Source of the DNA: an uncultured bacterium
GTDB lineage: Bacteria > Eisenbacteria > RBG-16-71-46
NCBI GenBank assembly: GCA_964398895.1
Contig: CAYNPF010000003.1
Location: forward strand, 1 to 34,629
Length of the DNA: 34,629 nt
Direction: 5' to 3'
The position numbers and the translations under genes were made by a program. How positions within the stretch are numbered: the first letter of the stretch is position 1; each line of letters opens with the position of its first letter. This document shows, piece by piece, positions 1 to 9,284 of this stretch. Below the pieces are notes generated by a model that saw only the letters and a program-made list of their open reading frames with translations, had not been told where the DNA came from and did not search any database.

Positions 1-2
1 GC

Positions 3-794
3 ACGCGCCCGCCCGAGCAGGTGGCGCTGGAGGCGGCCGGCGTGGCGGTGACGCTGCTCGCCGCCGAGGAGCCCGTGGCCGGCACCTGCCCGGTGGTCAT
101 CGGCCCGGGCTGGGGCGGCGTGCTGGTGCACGAGTGCTTCGGCCACGGCATGGAGGGCGACGGCATCCGCAAGCAGTCCTCGATCCGCGCCGCGCAGATG
201 GGCCAGCAGGTGGCGGCGCGCGGCGTGACCATCGTGGATTCCGGCCTGGTGCCGTTCTCGCGCGGCTCGTTCCGCCTCGACGACGAGGGCACGCCGGCCG
301 GGCGCACCGTGCTGGTCGAGGACGGCATCCTGGTCGGCTACCTCTGGGACCTGCTCAACGCGCGGCTGACCGGCAACCGGCCGACCGGCAACGGGCGCCG
401 CGCCTCCTACCGCGACTACCCGCTGTGCCGCATGACCAACACCTTCATCGAGGCGGGATCCCACGCCCCCGACGACCTGATCGGCGCGGTGGACCACGGC
501 CTCTACTGCCGCAATCTCGGCGGCGGCTCGGTGAATCCCGCCGACGGCAACTTCTCCTTCCAGGTGACCGAGGGCTGGCGGATCGAGCACGGCCGGCTGG
601 TCGCGCCGGTGCGCAACGCCACGCTGACCGGCAACGGCAACGACGCCATGCTGCGCATTGACGGCGTCGGCAACGATCTCGTGATCGAGGGCAGCACCGG
701 CTCGTGCGGCAAGGACGGCCAGTGGAAGCCGGTGGGCGTCGGCCAGCCCACCGTGCGCTTCACCGGCATCACCGTGGGAGGCACGCGCACGTGA
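3..794 (+). CDS. tldD: TldD-family metalloprotease, C-terminal part (5' end outside window)
   Basis: The reading frame is open to the window edge. It contains HECFGHGMEGD (an HExxxH zinc motif as in TldD) and a TldD/PmbA-type C-terminus (GSCGKDGQWKPVGVGQP). Its stop overlaps the start of a pmbA-like gene. Confidence 0.85.
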   Translation, partial: TRPPEQVALEAAGVAVTLLAAEEPVAGTCPVVIGPGWGGVLVHECFGHGMEGDGIRKQSSIRAAQMGQQVAARGVTIVDSGLVPFSRGSFRLDDEGTPAGRTVLVEDGILVGYLWDLLNARLTGNRPTGNGRRASYRDYPLCRMTNTFIEAGSHAPDDLIGAVDHGLYCRNLGGGSVNPADGNFSFQVTEGWRIEHGRLVAPVRNATLTGNGNDAMLRIDGVGNDLVIEGSTGSCGKDGQWKPVGVGQPTVRFTGITVGGTRT

Positions 795-2164
795 GCGCTC
801 CCGTCCCCGACGAGCGCGCCGCCCTGGAACGCCTCGGCACCGCGGCGGTCGAGCGGGCGCTCCGCGCCGGCGCCGCGCAGGCCGAGGCCGTGCTCGCCGG
901 CTCGCGCTCGCTGAGCGTGCGCGTCCACGGCGGCCTGGTCGAGAGCGTGAAGCAGAGCGCGCCGCGCGGCCTGGGCCTGCGCGTGCTGGTGGACGGCGCC
1001 CAGGGCTTCGTCACGGGCACGGACCTCGATCCCGGCTCGCTCGACGACCTCGCGCGCCACGCGGTGGCGCTGGCGCGCTTCTCGACGCCCGACGAGGCCA
1101 ACGCCTTCCCCACGCCGGAGGAGGCCACGGGCGACGAACCCGAGCTCGGCCTGGTGGACCCGGCGGTGCCGGCCCTCGCCCCCGAGCGGGCCATCGCCAT
1201 GGCCCTCGAGCTCGAGCGGGTGGCGCTCGGCGTGGACCCGCGCCTGCGCCGCACCGACGGCGCCGGGGTCTCGCGCCACGAGGGCTGGTCGGTGCTGGTC
1301 AACTCGCACGGCCTGGTGCGCCGCGGCCACGCCACCACGGTGAGCGCCGGCGTCTCCCCGCTGGCCGACGACGGCGCCGGCAAGCAACAGAGCGGCTGGT
1401 ACGGCATGGTGAAGTGCGGACTCGACCAGCTCGAATCGGTCGAGGCCATCGCCCGCGAGGCCGCGCGTCGCGCACTGGCCCGTCTCGGCGCGCGCCCGGT
1501 GCCCACGGCCCGCGTGCCGGTGATCCTCGCGCCCGACATCGCCGCCGCCTGGATCGGCGACCTGTTCGACGCCTTCAGCGGCGAGTCCCGGCTCAAGCGG
1601 ACCACCTGGCTCGCGGCGGAGGTCGGCACCGACATCGCCAGCCCGCTCGTCACGCTGGTGGACGACGGGCGCCTGCCGCGCGCGGTCGGCAGCAGCACCC
1701 ACGACGGCGAGGGCATCCCGACGCGGCGCAACGTGCTGATCGAGCGCGGGCGCTTCACCACCGTCCTCTACGACCACTACCACGCCCGCCGCGCCGGGAC
1801 GCGTTCGACCGGCAGCGCGGTGCGCGGCTACGCCTCGACGCCGGCGATCGGACCGTCCAACCTCTTCGTGGCCGCCGGCGGCGACCGCCCGGAGGCGATC
1901 CTCGCCCGCGTCGAGCGCGGCTTCTACATGGACGACCAGGGCGCCTACGGCTTCAACTCCACCACCGGCGACTACTCGTACCAGGCGCAGGGCTTCTGGG
2001 TGGAGAAGGGCGAGAGGGTCTTCCCGGTCGAGGGCGTGACCGTGGCCGCCAACTCGCGCGACATGCTGCGCAACGTCGTGGCGGTGGGCGACGATCTCGT
2101 GTTCCTCGGCAGCACGGCCAGCCCGACCCTGCTGATCGCCGAGATGACCGTGAGCGGGGAGTAG
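791..2164 (+). CDS. pmbA: PmbA/TldE-family protein (TldD partner)
   Basis: The GTG at 791 overlaps the tldD TGA (GTGA); the track ORF start at 704 is an out-of-frame run-in over tldD. PmbA-like sequence includes GLGLRVLVDGAQGFV and the C-terminal GDYSYQAQGFWVEKGERVFPVEGVTVA. Confidence 0.8.
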   Translation: MSAPVPDERAALERLGTAAVERALRAGAAQAEAVLAGSRSLSVRVHGGLVESVKQSAPRGLGLRVLVDGAQGFVTGTDLDPGSLDDLARHAVALARFSTPDEANAFPTPEEATGDEPELGLVDPAVPALAPERAIAMALELERVALGVDPRLRRTDGAGVSRHEGWSVLVNSHGLVRRGHATTVSAGVSPLADDGAGKQQSGWYGMVKCGLDQLESVEAIAREAARRALARLGARPVPTARVPVILAPDIAAAWIGDLFDAFSGESRLKRTTWLAAEVGTDIASPLVTLVDDGRLPRAVGSSTHDGEGIPTRRNVLIERGRFTTVLYDHYHARRAGTRSTGSAVRGYASTPAIGPSNLFVAAGGDRPEAILARVERGFYMDDQGAYGFNSTTGDYSYQAQGFWVEKGERVFPVEGVTVAANSRDMLRNVVAVGDDLVFLGSTASPTLLIAEMTVSGE

Positions 2165-2167
2165 ACG

Positions 2168-3766
2168 ATGGGCCTCCTGCGCTCGACCGCCGGCAGCCTG
2201 GGCATCCAGCGCCCGGACAACAAGTGGCTGGTCGCGTTCTCCGTGAGCTTCGGCGCGATCATGTCCACCATTGATGTCTCGATCGTCAACGTCGCCCTGC
2301 CGCAGATCCGCGGCTCGATCGGCGCCTCGATCGACCAGATGACCGCGCTCGGCACCGCCTTCGCCATCGCCCAGGTCATCGTCATGCCGCTGACCGCCTT
2401 CCTCGGCCGCTTCTTCGGCCAGAAGCGCGTCTACCTCGCCTGCCTGGGCCTGTTCATCGTCGGCTCGATGGTGTGCGGCATCGCCCGCACGCTGCCGCAG
2501 CTCGTGGCGGCCCGGGCGCTGCAGGGCCTGGGCGCCGGTGCGCTGCAGCCCAGCCAGATGGCCATCCTGCGCCAGACCTTCCCCGAGAAGGAGCAGGGCA
2601 TGGCCATGGCCATCGTCGGCATGGTCGTGGTCATCGGCCCGGCGGTCGGACCGACGCTGGGCGGCTGGATCGTGGACAACTGGTCGTGGCCGTGGATCTT
2701 CTACATCAACCTGCCGATCGGCATCCTCGGCCTGCTCGCCACCAGCCGCTTCGTGCACGAGCCCGAGGACATCCGCGCCGCGAACCGCGCCCAGGGCGAG
2801 ATCATGCGCCGCCACCTCGACTGGCAGGGCATCGTCTACATGACCGTCGGCCTGGCCTCGCTGCAGTACTTCCTCCAGGAGGGCAACCGCCTCGACTGGT
2901 TCGATTCGAAGCTCATCACCCTGTCGGCGATCGCCGCGGTCGCGGGGCTGGTCGGCTTCGTGGTGCGCGAGCTGCACGCGATCGCCCCGGCGGTGAACCT
3001 GCGCCTGTTCCGCGACCGGACCTTCGCCTCGGCCACCGTCATCGGCAGCATCATGTTCGCGAACCTGATGGCCAACATGTTCCTGCTGCCGGTCTTCATG
3101 CAGGAGATGCTCGGCTTCACCGCCCTCAAGTCCGGTCTGACCCTGATGCCGCGCGCCCTGGTCATGATGGTCACCACTCCGATCATCGGCCGCATCTACA
3201 ACCACGTCTCGCCGCGCCTGCTCGTCGCCGTCGGTCTGGCCACGGTGGCGCTCGGCTCGATTGACATGGGCTACTTCACGCTGCAGACCCCGATGCCGCG
3301 CATCGTCGCCGCGCTGATCATCCAGGGCATCGGCTTCTCCTGCCTGTTCGTGCCGCTCACCACGGTGGCGTTGAGCCACGTCGAGCGCACGCAGCTCGCC
3401 GACGCCAGCGGCCTCAACTCGCTGGTGCGCCAGTTTGGCGGCTCGGCCGGGCTGGCCATCTACGGCACGCTGCTCGACCAGTTCGCCACCCGCGCCCGCG
3501 CCGCGCTGGCCGTGCACGTGGATCCGCACCGCTTCGAGGTGGCGCAGCGCATCAACGCGATGACGCAGGGCCTGATGGCCCGCGGTATGGACGCCGCCAC
3601 CGCCAAGGCGGCGGCGGTCAAGGCGCTGGCCGGCTCGGTGGCCGGCCAGGGCATGCTGATCGCCTTCGAGAAGAACTTCCTGCTTAGCGGCTTCATGATG
3701 CTGGCGCTGCTGCCGCTCACGATCCTGCTGCGCTCGAAGTTCCACGAGGAGGAGCAGCGGCGCTGA
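2168..3766 (+). CDS. MFS transporter, DHA2 (EmrB/QacA-like) drug:H+ antiporter family
   Basis: A 532-aa protein whose hydropathy pattern fits about 14 TM segments. The N-terminus (STIDVSIVNVALPQIRGSIGAS) and the GRFFGQKRVYL and LQGLGAGAL motifs are typical of EmrB/QacA-type MFS proteins. Confidence 0.85.
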   Translation: MGLLRSTAGSLGIQRPDNKWLVAFSVSFGAIMSTIDVSIVNVALPQIRGSIGASIDQMTALGTAFAIAQVIVMPLTAFLGRFFGQKRVYLACLGLFIVGSMVCGIARTLPQLVAARALQGLGAGALQPSQMAILRQTFPEKEQGMAMAIVGMVVVIGPAVGPTLGGWIVDNWSWPWIFYINLPIGILGLLATSRFVHEPEDIRAANRAQGEIMRRHLDWQGIVYMTVGLASLQYFLQEGNRLDWFDSKLITLSAIAAVAGLVGFVVRELHAIAPAVNLRLFRDRTFASATVIGSIMFANLMANMFLLPVFMQEMLGFTALKSGLTLMPRALVMMVTTPIIGRIYNHVSPRLLVAVGLATVALGSIDMGYFTLQTPMPRIVAALIIQGIGFSCLFVPLTTVALSHVERTQLADASGLNSLVRQFGGSAGLAIYGTLLDQFATRARAALAVHVDPHRFEVAQRINAMTQGLMARGMDAATAKAAAVKALAGSVAGQGMLIAFEKNFLLSGFMMLALLPLTILLRSKFHEEEQRR

Positions 3767-3816
3767 AAGGGCCCCGCCGTCCTCGGCGGCGGCGTGGAGG
3801 TCAGAGGAGGTCGGGC

Positions 3817-4200
3817 ATGCCATCGTGGCTGTTGTACGTGCTGATCGGCGGGCTGGGCGGCGTCGCCTCCGGCCTGTTTGGCATCGGCGGCGGCGTCATC
3901 ATCGTCCCCGCGCTCGTCTACTGGGCCGGGTTCTCCCAGCACCGGGCCAACGGGACCAGCCTGGCGGTGCTGTTGCCGCCGATCGGGCTGGCCGCGACGA
4001 TCGAGTACTACCGCCACGGCAACGTGAACCTGCCCGCGGCGGCGCTGATCGCCGCCAGCCTGCTGATCGGCGCCTGGGGCGGCGCGCTGATCGCCAACCA
4101 CCTGCGCGAGTCGTACCTGCGGCTGGCCTTCGGCGTCTTCGTCTGCGGGCTCGGCGTCTACCTCGTCTTCGGCGCGTGCCGGCGCCTCGGCTGGATCTGA
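3817..4200 (+). CDS. TauE/SafE (DUF81) family membrane protein, half-size (127 aa, about 4 TM)
   Basis: ATG preceded by a GAGGAGG Shine-Dalgarno. The GLFGIGGGVIIVPAL motif and an overall 4-TM glycine-rich pattern are characteristic of TauE/SafE anion exporters. Confidence 0.7.
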   Translation: MPSWLLYVLIGGLGGVASGLFGIGGGVIIVPALVYWAGFSQHRANGTSLAVLLPPIGLAATIEYYRHGNVNLPAAALIAASLLIGAWGGALIANHLRESYLRLAFGVFVCGLGVYLVFGACRRLGWI

Positions 4201-4213
4201 CGGCGATCCGCCG

Positions 4214-5428
4214 CTACGCGCCGCGCAGGCTCGCCACCATCGCCACCCCGCGCCGCGGCGTGTGCGCCACGCGCTGGTCGCGGCCCAGCCGCACCAGCAG
4301 GAGCGGCTCGCCGCCGGCGAGGCCGAAGCGGCGCAGCAGTTCGGAGCGGAAGCGCTCGACGGCGATCGGCGCGCTCAGCGGCTGGTGCGCCAGGCCGAGC
4401 TGTGTGGCCTTGAGCACCAGCCGCTCGTAGGCCTGCCCGCCCACCAGCCAGGCCGGCTCCTCGCGCCCGGGCGCCGTGATCAGCACCGCCGCCCCCGCGG
4501 AGCGGATGGCCTCCCGCGCCCGCTTCGCCAGGCTGCCGGCGCCGAAGCGCAGGAACCACGAACCCGGATCGTAGTAGCTGCCCGCGAACCAGTTCGCCGG
4601 ACCCGACATGCCGAGCGCCTCCACCGGAACACCGTCGCCGCGCCGCTCGGCGTCGCGCCGATCGGTGCGCAGCCAGAGCTGGCGCTCGGCCTGCGCGACC
4701 CGGTCGGAGACCTGGGCGTGGACCGCGTCGTGTACGAGTCGGCCGAGCGCCTCGAGGCCGTCGCGATCGTCGAGCCAGAACAGGCCGGGACCGTCGGCCA
4801 CCTGCGCGGCGAGTTGGGCGCGCACGTGGGGCAGCAACCGGCGACCGTCGTAGTTGCGCCGGTTGGTGCGGCGCTCGGTGAGCGCGCTGAACAGATCGCG
4901 GTCGCGACGCGCTCCGGCGTCGTCCCAGGTCACGTCGGCCACCGCACCGCGCGCGGCATCGGGCAGGTAGCGGACCGTCGGCTGCAGGCCCCAGGCCCGG
5001 GCCGCCACCAGCAGGTTCTCGAGCGCCGCCCCCAGCGCCACGAACAGGTTGCGGCGGTCGGGATCGCCGCGCGGCAACGTGCGCTGCGGGTCGGCGAGCA
5101 GCCGGATCGAGGTCGGGCTCACCTCGAAGCGCCACGGCTGGGTGTTCCAGTCGCTCGGCGCCAGCACGGCCGCGCCGACGAGGGCGCGCACGAGGTCGAG
5201 ACCGGCGGGCGGCGGATCCATCGGCAGCGCCCAGGGCTGCAGCACCACCCCGCCGTTGCGCGCCCGCGTTCCCCGGGCGCCAGCGCGGGACCAGGCGATC
5301 GCGGGCTGCAGCACGAGGCCGGCGGCCGCCCCCGCGGCGACGGCGAGGAACTCCCGGCGGGCCAGGGCGCGCGGCGGATTCGTCGCCGACGGGCGGAGGT
5401 CGCGCGGCGGCCGCGGGGAGCGTTCCAT
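4214..5428 (-). CDS. Tat-exported nitroreductase-family (Acg-like) FMN oxidoreductase
   Basis: The N-terminus ARREFLAVAAGAAAGLVLQPAIAWS is a twin-arginine signal. The body (APSDWNTQPWRFEV, two nitroreductase-like halves) resembles Acg-type nitroreductases. Confidence 0.75.
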   Translation of the reverse strand: MERSPRPPRDLRPSATNPPRALARREFLAVAAGAAAGLVLQPAIAWSRAGARGTRARNGGVVLQPWALPMDPPPAGLDLVRALVGAAVLAPSDWNTQPWRFEVSPTSIRLLADPQRTLPRGDPDRRNLFVALGAALENLLVAARAWGLQPTVRYLPDAARGAVADVTWDDAGARRDRDLFSALTERRTNRRNYDGRRLLPHVRAQLAAQVADGPGLFWLDDRDGLEALGRLVHDAVHAQVSDRVAQAERQLWLRTDRRDAERRGDGVPVEALGMSGPANWFAGSYYDPGSWFLRFGAGSLAKRAREAIRSAGAAVLITAPGREEPAWLVGGQAYERLVLKATQLGLAHQPLSAPIAVERFRSELLRRFGLAGGEPLLLVRLGRDQRVAHTPRRGVAMVASLRGA

Positions 5429-5434
5429 GGCCGG

Positions 5435-5463
5435 AGAGTGAGCACGGGCCCCTCGGGCGTCAA
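5435..5463 (-). promoter_or_regulatory. Putative sigma70-type promoter of the nitroreductase gene (TTGACG-N17-CACTCT), possibly giving a leaderless mRNA
   Basis: On the minus strand, TTGACG sits at 5463-5458, followed by a 17-nt spacer and CACTCT at 5440-5435. The ATG at 5428 lies only 6 nt downstream and has no Shine-Dalgarno. Confidence 0.3.
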
Positions 5464-5541
5464 CCGTTCGCGAGGAACCGGCTGCGCCGCGGGCACTTGG
5501 CGCGGTTGCGCCGGACGACGCGCGGCCGCTACGGTCGGTCC

Positions 5542-6018
5542 GTGCCCGAAACGCGCTTCGTCACCGATTCCTCGCTCGCGTCGCTGGCCCGCTGGCTGCG
5601 CTTCCTCGGCCACGACGTGGTCACGCTGCCGGGCGCGCGGCTCGAGGAGGTGCTGGCCTTCGCGCGTCGCGAAGCTCGCACGGTCCTCACCCTCAGCCCG
5701 CGCCGCCCGCGGCGCTGGGCCGACGTCCCCGCGCTCACCCTGCCGCGCGACGACGAGCCCGCCGCGCTGCGCCTGCTGGCCGCGCGCTTCCCGCCGCCCG
5801 ATCCGCCGTTGAGCCGCTGCGGGCTCTGCAACCTGCGGCTCGAGCCGCGGCTCGCCGTCGAGGCCCGCGGCGAGGTGCCGGCCCGCGTGATCCGCGACGG
5901 GCGCGATCTGCGCTACTGCCCCGGCTGCGGCAAGTGGTACTGGGAGGGCACGCACACCCGCGCCATCCACGCCCGGCTCGCGCGCACCCTCGGCGGCCCG
6001 CCCGCCGCCGGGGCGTAG
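5542..6018 (+). CDS. Mut7-C RNase domain (PIN-like + zinc ribbon) protein
   Basis: RFVTDSSLASLARWLRFLGHDV matches the Mut7-C N-terminal signature. The C-terminal zinc ribbon is CGLCN...CPGCGKWYWEGTH. I prefer the GTG at 5542 as start; the track's TTG at 5497 is possible. Confidence 0.7.
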   Translation: MPETRFVTDSSLASLARWLRFLGHDVVTLPGARLEEVLAFARREARTVLTLSPRRPRRWADVPALTLPRDDEPAALRLLAARFPPPDPPLSRCGLCNLRLEPRLAVEARGEVPARVIRDGRDLRYCPGCGKWYWEGTHTRAIHARLARTLGGPPAAGA

Positions 6019-6187
6019 CCCGCGCGCCTCGGGAGCCGCGTCCGCGAGCGCGGGCTCGTGAACGGTCCGGCCCGGCCGGCCGTGGCGCCAGCCGGGGCCG
6101 CGGTGCGCCTGTGCTAGACTCGTTCGACATCCAGACACCGGGCCCGCCGCGCGGGGCCCCGAACCCGTCGAGGCCTTCCGCGCCCGC

Positions 6188-7051
6188 ATGGACCTCAGCG
6201 TCATCATCGTCAGCTACCGCTGCCCCGACGCCCTGCTCGCCGGCCTGCGCACCCTGCGCGCCGACGCGGACGCCTCGGGCCTGGCGCTCGACTTCGTCGT
6301 GGTGGACAACGACTCGGGCGACGACACGCTCGACCGCCTCGCCCGCGAGGCGCCGACGGTGCGCCTCATCGCCAACCGCGAGAACGTCGGCTACGCGCGG
6401 GCGGTCAACCAGGGACTGGCGGCCACCGCCACGGAGTACGCGCTGGTCCTGAATCCCGACTGCGAGGTCCACGCCGGGGCGCTGCGCGCCCTGCTCGACC
6501 ACCTGGCCGCGAACCCGCGCACCGGCATGGTCGCCCCGCGCATCGTGGACCCCGACGGCTCGCTCAATTACTCGGTGCGGTCGTTCCCCGACCCGTTCAC
6601 CTTCCTCTTCAACCGCTACTCGCTGCTCACCCGGATCTTCCCCCGCAACCGGTTCACGCGGCGCTACCTGCTCACCGATTGGGACCATCTCACGCCGCGC
6701 CGGGTGGACTGGGTCTCCGGCGCCGCCATGCTCGTGCGGCGCACGGCCGTGGCGGAGGTCGGCGGCATGGACGAGGCGTTCTTCATGTTCAACGAGGACG
6801 TGGACTGGTGCCGCCGCATGGGACAGGCCGGCTGGAGCGTGGACTACGAACCGGCGGCGGTCGTCACCCACCACGTCGGCGCCAGCCGCTCGCGCGTCGC
6901 CACGCGCGTGATCTGGGGCCGTCACCTCGGCATGATCCACTACTTCCGCAAGCACCATCCGACCCATCCGCTGCTGGCGCGCCTGGCCGAGGCCGTCATC
7001 CTGACGCGCGCGGCGATGATGACCGTGGTGAACTCGCTGAGGCCGCGCTGA
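6188..7051 (+). CDS. Family 2 glycosyltransferase
   Basis: SVIIVSYRCPD, VVVDNDSGDDT, NVGYARAVNQG and MFNEDVDWCRR are canonical GT2 (GT-A fold) motifs. Confidence 0.85.
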   Translation: MDLSVIIVSYRCPDALLAGLRTLRADADASGLALDFVVVDNDSGDDTLDRLAREAPTVRLIANRENVGYARAVNQGLAATATEYALVLNPDCEVHAGALRALLDHLAANPRTGMVAPRIVDPDGSLNYSVRSFPDPFTFLFNRYSLLTRIFPRNRFTRRYLLTDWDHLTPRRVDWVSGAAMLVRRTAVAEVGGMDEAFFMFNEDVDWCRRMGQAGWSVDYEPAAVVTHHVGASRSRVATRVIWGRHLGMIHYFRKHHPTHPLLARLAEAVILTRAAMMTVVNSLRPR

Positions 7052-8100
7052 TGCCGTACTCGCTCACCCTCGCGCTCGCCGCCGGGCTGCTGACGCTGGG
7101 CCTCACGCCGTTGATGATGGTGCTGGCGCGCCGCATCGGGGCGCTCGATTATCCCGGGCCGCGCCGCATCCATCGCCGGCCGGTGCCGACCATGGGCGGC
7201 CTGGTGTTCGCGGCGGTCGTGCTGGGCCTGGCCTGGCTCGCCCGACAGTTGCCCGGCCCGGCGAGCGCGCTGTCGGCCCAGCCGTTGCTCGGCCTCACCC
7301 TGGCGGCCGTGCCCATGCTGTGGCTCGGCGTGGTGGACGATCGGCGCGGCGTGCCGCCCCTGGCCAAGCTGGTCGTGCAGGCCTGCTCGGCGCTGGTGCT
7401 GGTGCACTTCGGCTACGGCGTACCGCTGCTGACGAATCCCTTCGGCGCCCCGATCACCCTCGGCTTCCTCGGCGGCCCCATCGCCGTGCTCTGGGTGCTG
7501 GTGGTGGTGAACGCCATCAACCTGATTGACGGCCTCGACGGCCTCGCCTCCGGCGTGGTGCTGATCGCCGCGGGCACGCTGTGGTGGGTGGGACACGCCC
7601 ACGCCGACTTCTACGTGATGTTCCTCTCGTCGCTGCTCATCGGCACCACGCTGGGCTTCCTCGGCTGGAACTTCCCGCCGGCGCGGGTGTTCATGGGCGA
7701 CACCGGCAGCCAGTTCCTCGGGCTCGTGCTGGCGGCGGTTTCGTTGCTCGAGAACCGCAAGGAGACCGCGGCGGTCACGCTGCTCTTCCCGCTGGTGGCG
7801 CTGGGCGTGCCCATCGTGGACAGCGGGCTGGCCTTCGCCCGGCGGCTGTTCAGCGGCCGGCACGTGTTCGAGGCCGATCGCGAGCACATCCACCACCGCC
7901 TGCTGGGACTCGGCCTGTCGCCGCGCGCCGCCCTGTTCGTGCTGTGGGCGGTCTGCGCCGGCTTCGCCTTCGTCGCCGTGGCGCTGGCCGAGCAGCCGCG
8001 CAGCCTGGTCATGCTCGTCGTGCTGGCGCTGGCGCTCGTGCTCTTCTTCGCCCTGGAGATCGTGCGGGCCCGCTCGCGCCGCGCCCCGCCGCGCGACTGA
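7051..8100 (+). CDS. Polyprenyl-phosphate N-acetylhexosamine-1-phosphate transferase (MraY/WecA family, GT4)
   Basis: The ATG at 7051 shares its A with the GT2 TGA stop. VVNAINLIDGLDGLASG, FMGDTGSQFLG and EHIHHRLL motifs sit in a polytopic membrane protein. The track ORF start at 6679 is an out-of-frame run-in. Confidence 0.85.
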   Translation: MPYSLTLALAAGLLTLGLTPLMMVLARRIGALDYPGPRRIHRRPVPTMGGLVFAAVVLGLAWLARQLPGPASALSAQPLLGLTLAAVPMLWLGVVDDRRGVPPLAKLVVQACSALVLVHFGYGVPLLTNPFGAPITLGFLGGPIAVLWVLVVVNAINLIDGLDGLASGVVLIAAGTLWWVGHAHADFYVMFLSSLLIGTTLGFLGWNFPPARVFMGDTGSQFLGLVLAAVSLLENRKETAAVTLLFPLVALGVPIVDSGLAFARRLFSGRHVFEADREHIHHRLLGLGLSPRAALFVLWAVCAGFAFVAVALAEQPRSLVMLVVLALALVLFFALEIVRARSRRAPPRD

Positions 8101-8333
8101 CTGGGTTTGGAGCACCTACCGAGCAGCGCTCAAGTGGTCCAACGAGGAGGCGCTGGCCGAGCGGGAGGTCGCCGAGCCCGCGGCCTAGCGTTCAGCAGAG
8201 GGCCGGGTGTCGGGGGACTGCCTGACTTGAACATCCTTCTTCGCGGCGATGCCTCCTTCGTTCGGGCTCATGCCCGTGGTTCTGGCGAACCAGGAGGTCA
8301 TGTCGCCTTCAGCCGCTCACACACCACGCGAGC

Positions 8334-9284
8334 TCACCTCCTGCCGGCGCCCCGATGGCACGGCACCTCGGTCTGGAGCCATACCGCGCTCTCCGAGAAG
8401 TAGTCACCGTCCGCCACCAACCTCATCCGTCCATCACGCCAATCGTATAGAACCAAACGCCAGCTATCCTCAAAGAGCCGCGGGGGCCCCGGCACCATGA
8501 CCAGCGCGGAGGACCCTCCCGCCCTCTGCGCGTAACCTCCCAGATCCTGCAGCGCACGCACCGACTGGCTCACGCGCTTGTCGTTCAGCACTACACACTC
8601 GCCGCCCTGCCCGGTCCAACACAGCACGTTGTGGCCGCGCCCCTGCCAGAACTCCGGTATCAGTCCCTTGCCCCCCATCGGCACCCTCGCTCCCGATGCC
8701 GCGTTGACGCGCCACACACTGCCGTCCACTCCCGCAAACGCCACCCAATCCGAGTCGAGCGCCACTGGCGCCGCACACATCACCCACCACGCCCATTGCC
8801 CTGACCCCAGATTGGCGAAGCGTCCTCTCATGAGGTTCGCAACATGAGCAAGCGTATCCGTCCTTCCAACACCATCGGCACGCTGCCGGACCAGGGCCAC
8901 GGAGTCCGCACCACCGGGCACCTCCGCGTACCACACCACAAACGTCCCGCTTGTTGTAGCCGCAGGGAAGCTCCCCTCGCCCAATCGCCTGACTTCACCG
9001 TCTCGGACCCCCACCACAACGACCTCGGGGATGTTCCCGTCGCCGAACCGGGACACGACCACAGACTCGTCCTTCAGCCCGGTCACACCACCCAGCCTCC
9101 GACCGCTTGGCTGAGCGGCGAGCAGCTCGCACCTACGCATCGTCCTCAGGTCGTGCATCTTCAGTGCACCGCCCTCGCCACGCGAGACAAGGGTCCCCGT
9201 GACCACCGCCCTCCCCCGCGGGCTACCACATCCCGCACCTATCGCCACCAGCAATCCGAGGATCATCCGCCCCGCCGCGCGCAC
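8334..9284 (-). CDS. Hypothetical lipoprotein (orphan, lower GC)
   Basis: With the GTG at 9284 the N-terminus reads M-RAAGRMILGLLVAIGAGC, i.e. a positive n-region plus lipobox; the ATG at 9266 is an alternative start. The body is beta-rich (VVWYAEVPGG, WVAFAGVDGSVWRV, RLVLYDWRDGRMRLV) and matched no family I recognise. The upstream part of the track ORF (to 9491) is probably not coding. Confidence 0.5.
   Translation of the reverse strand: MRAAGRMILGLLVAIGAGCGSPRGRAVVTGTLVSRGEGGALKMHDLRTMRRCELLAAQPSGRRLGGVTGLKDESVVVSRFGDGNIPEVVVVGVRDGEVRRLGEGSFPAATTSGTFVVWYAEVPGGADSVALVRQRADGVGRTDTLAHVANLMRGRFANLGSGQWAWWVMCAAPVALDSDWVAFAGVDGSVWRVNAASGARVPMGGKGLIPEFWQGRGHNVLCWTGQGGECVVLNDKRVSQSVRALQDLGGYAQRAGGSSALVMVPGPPRLFEDSWRLVLYDWRDGRMRLVADGDYFSESAVWLQTEVPCHRGAGRR

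Noticed and set aside
503-3823. A 1106-aa ORF on the minus strand spanning tldD, pmbA and the MFS gene.
   Set aside because: It is antisense to three genes with clear family motifs. Its translation is low-complexity (Arg/Ala/Gly/Asp/His-rich) with no recognisable domain. This is the typical shadow ORF of stop-codon-poor high-GC DNA.
8110-8190. A short in-frame stretch reading like the C-terminus of a protein (WSTYRAALKWSNEEALAEREVAEPAA-stop).
   Set aside because: It is too short, has no upstream ORF or start, and cannot be assigned to a family. It is mentioned only as a possible gene remnant.
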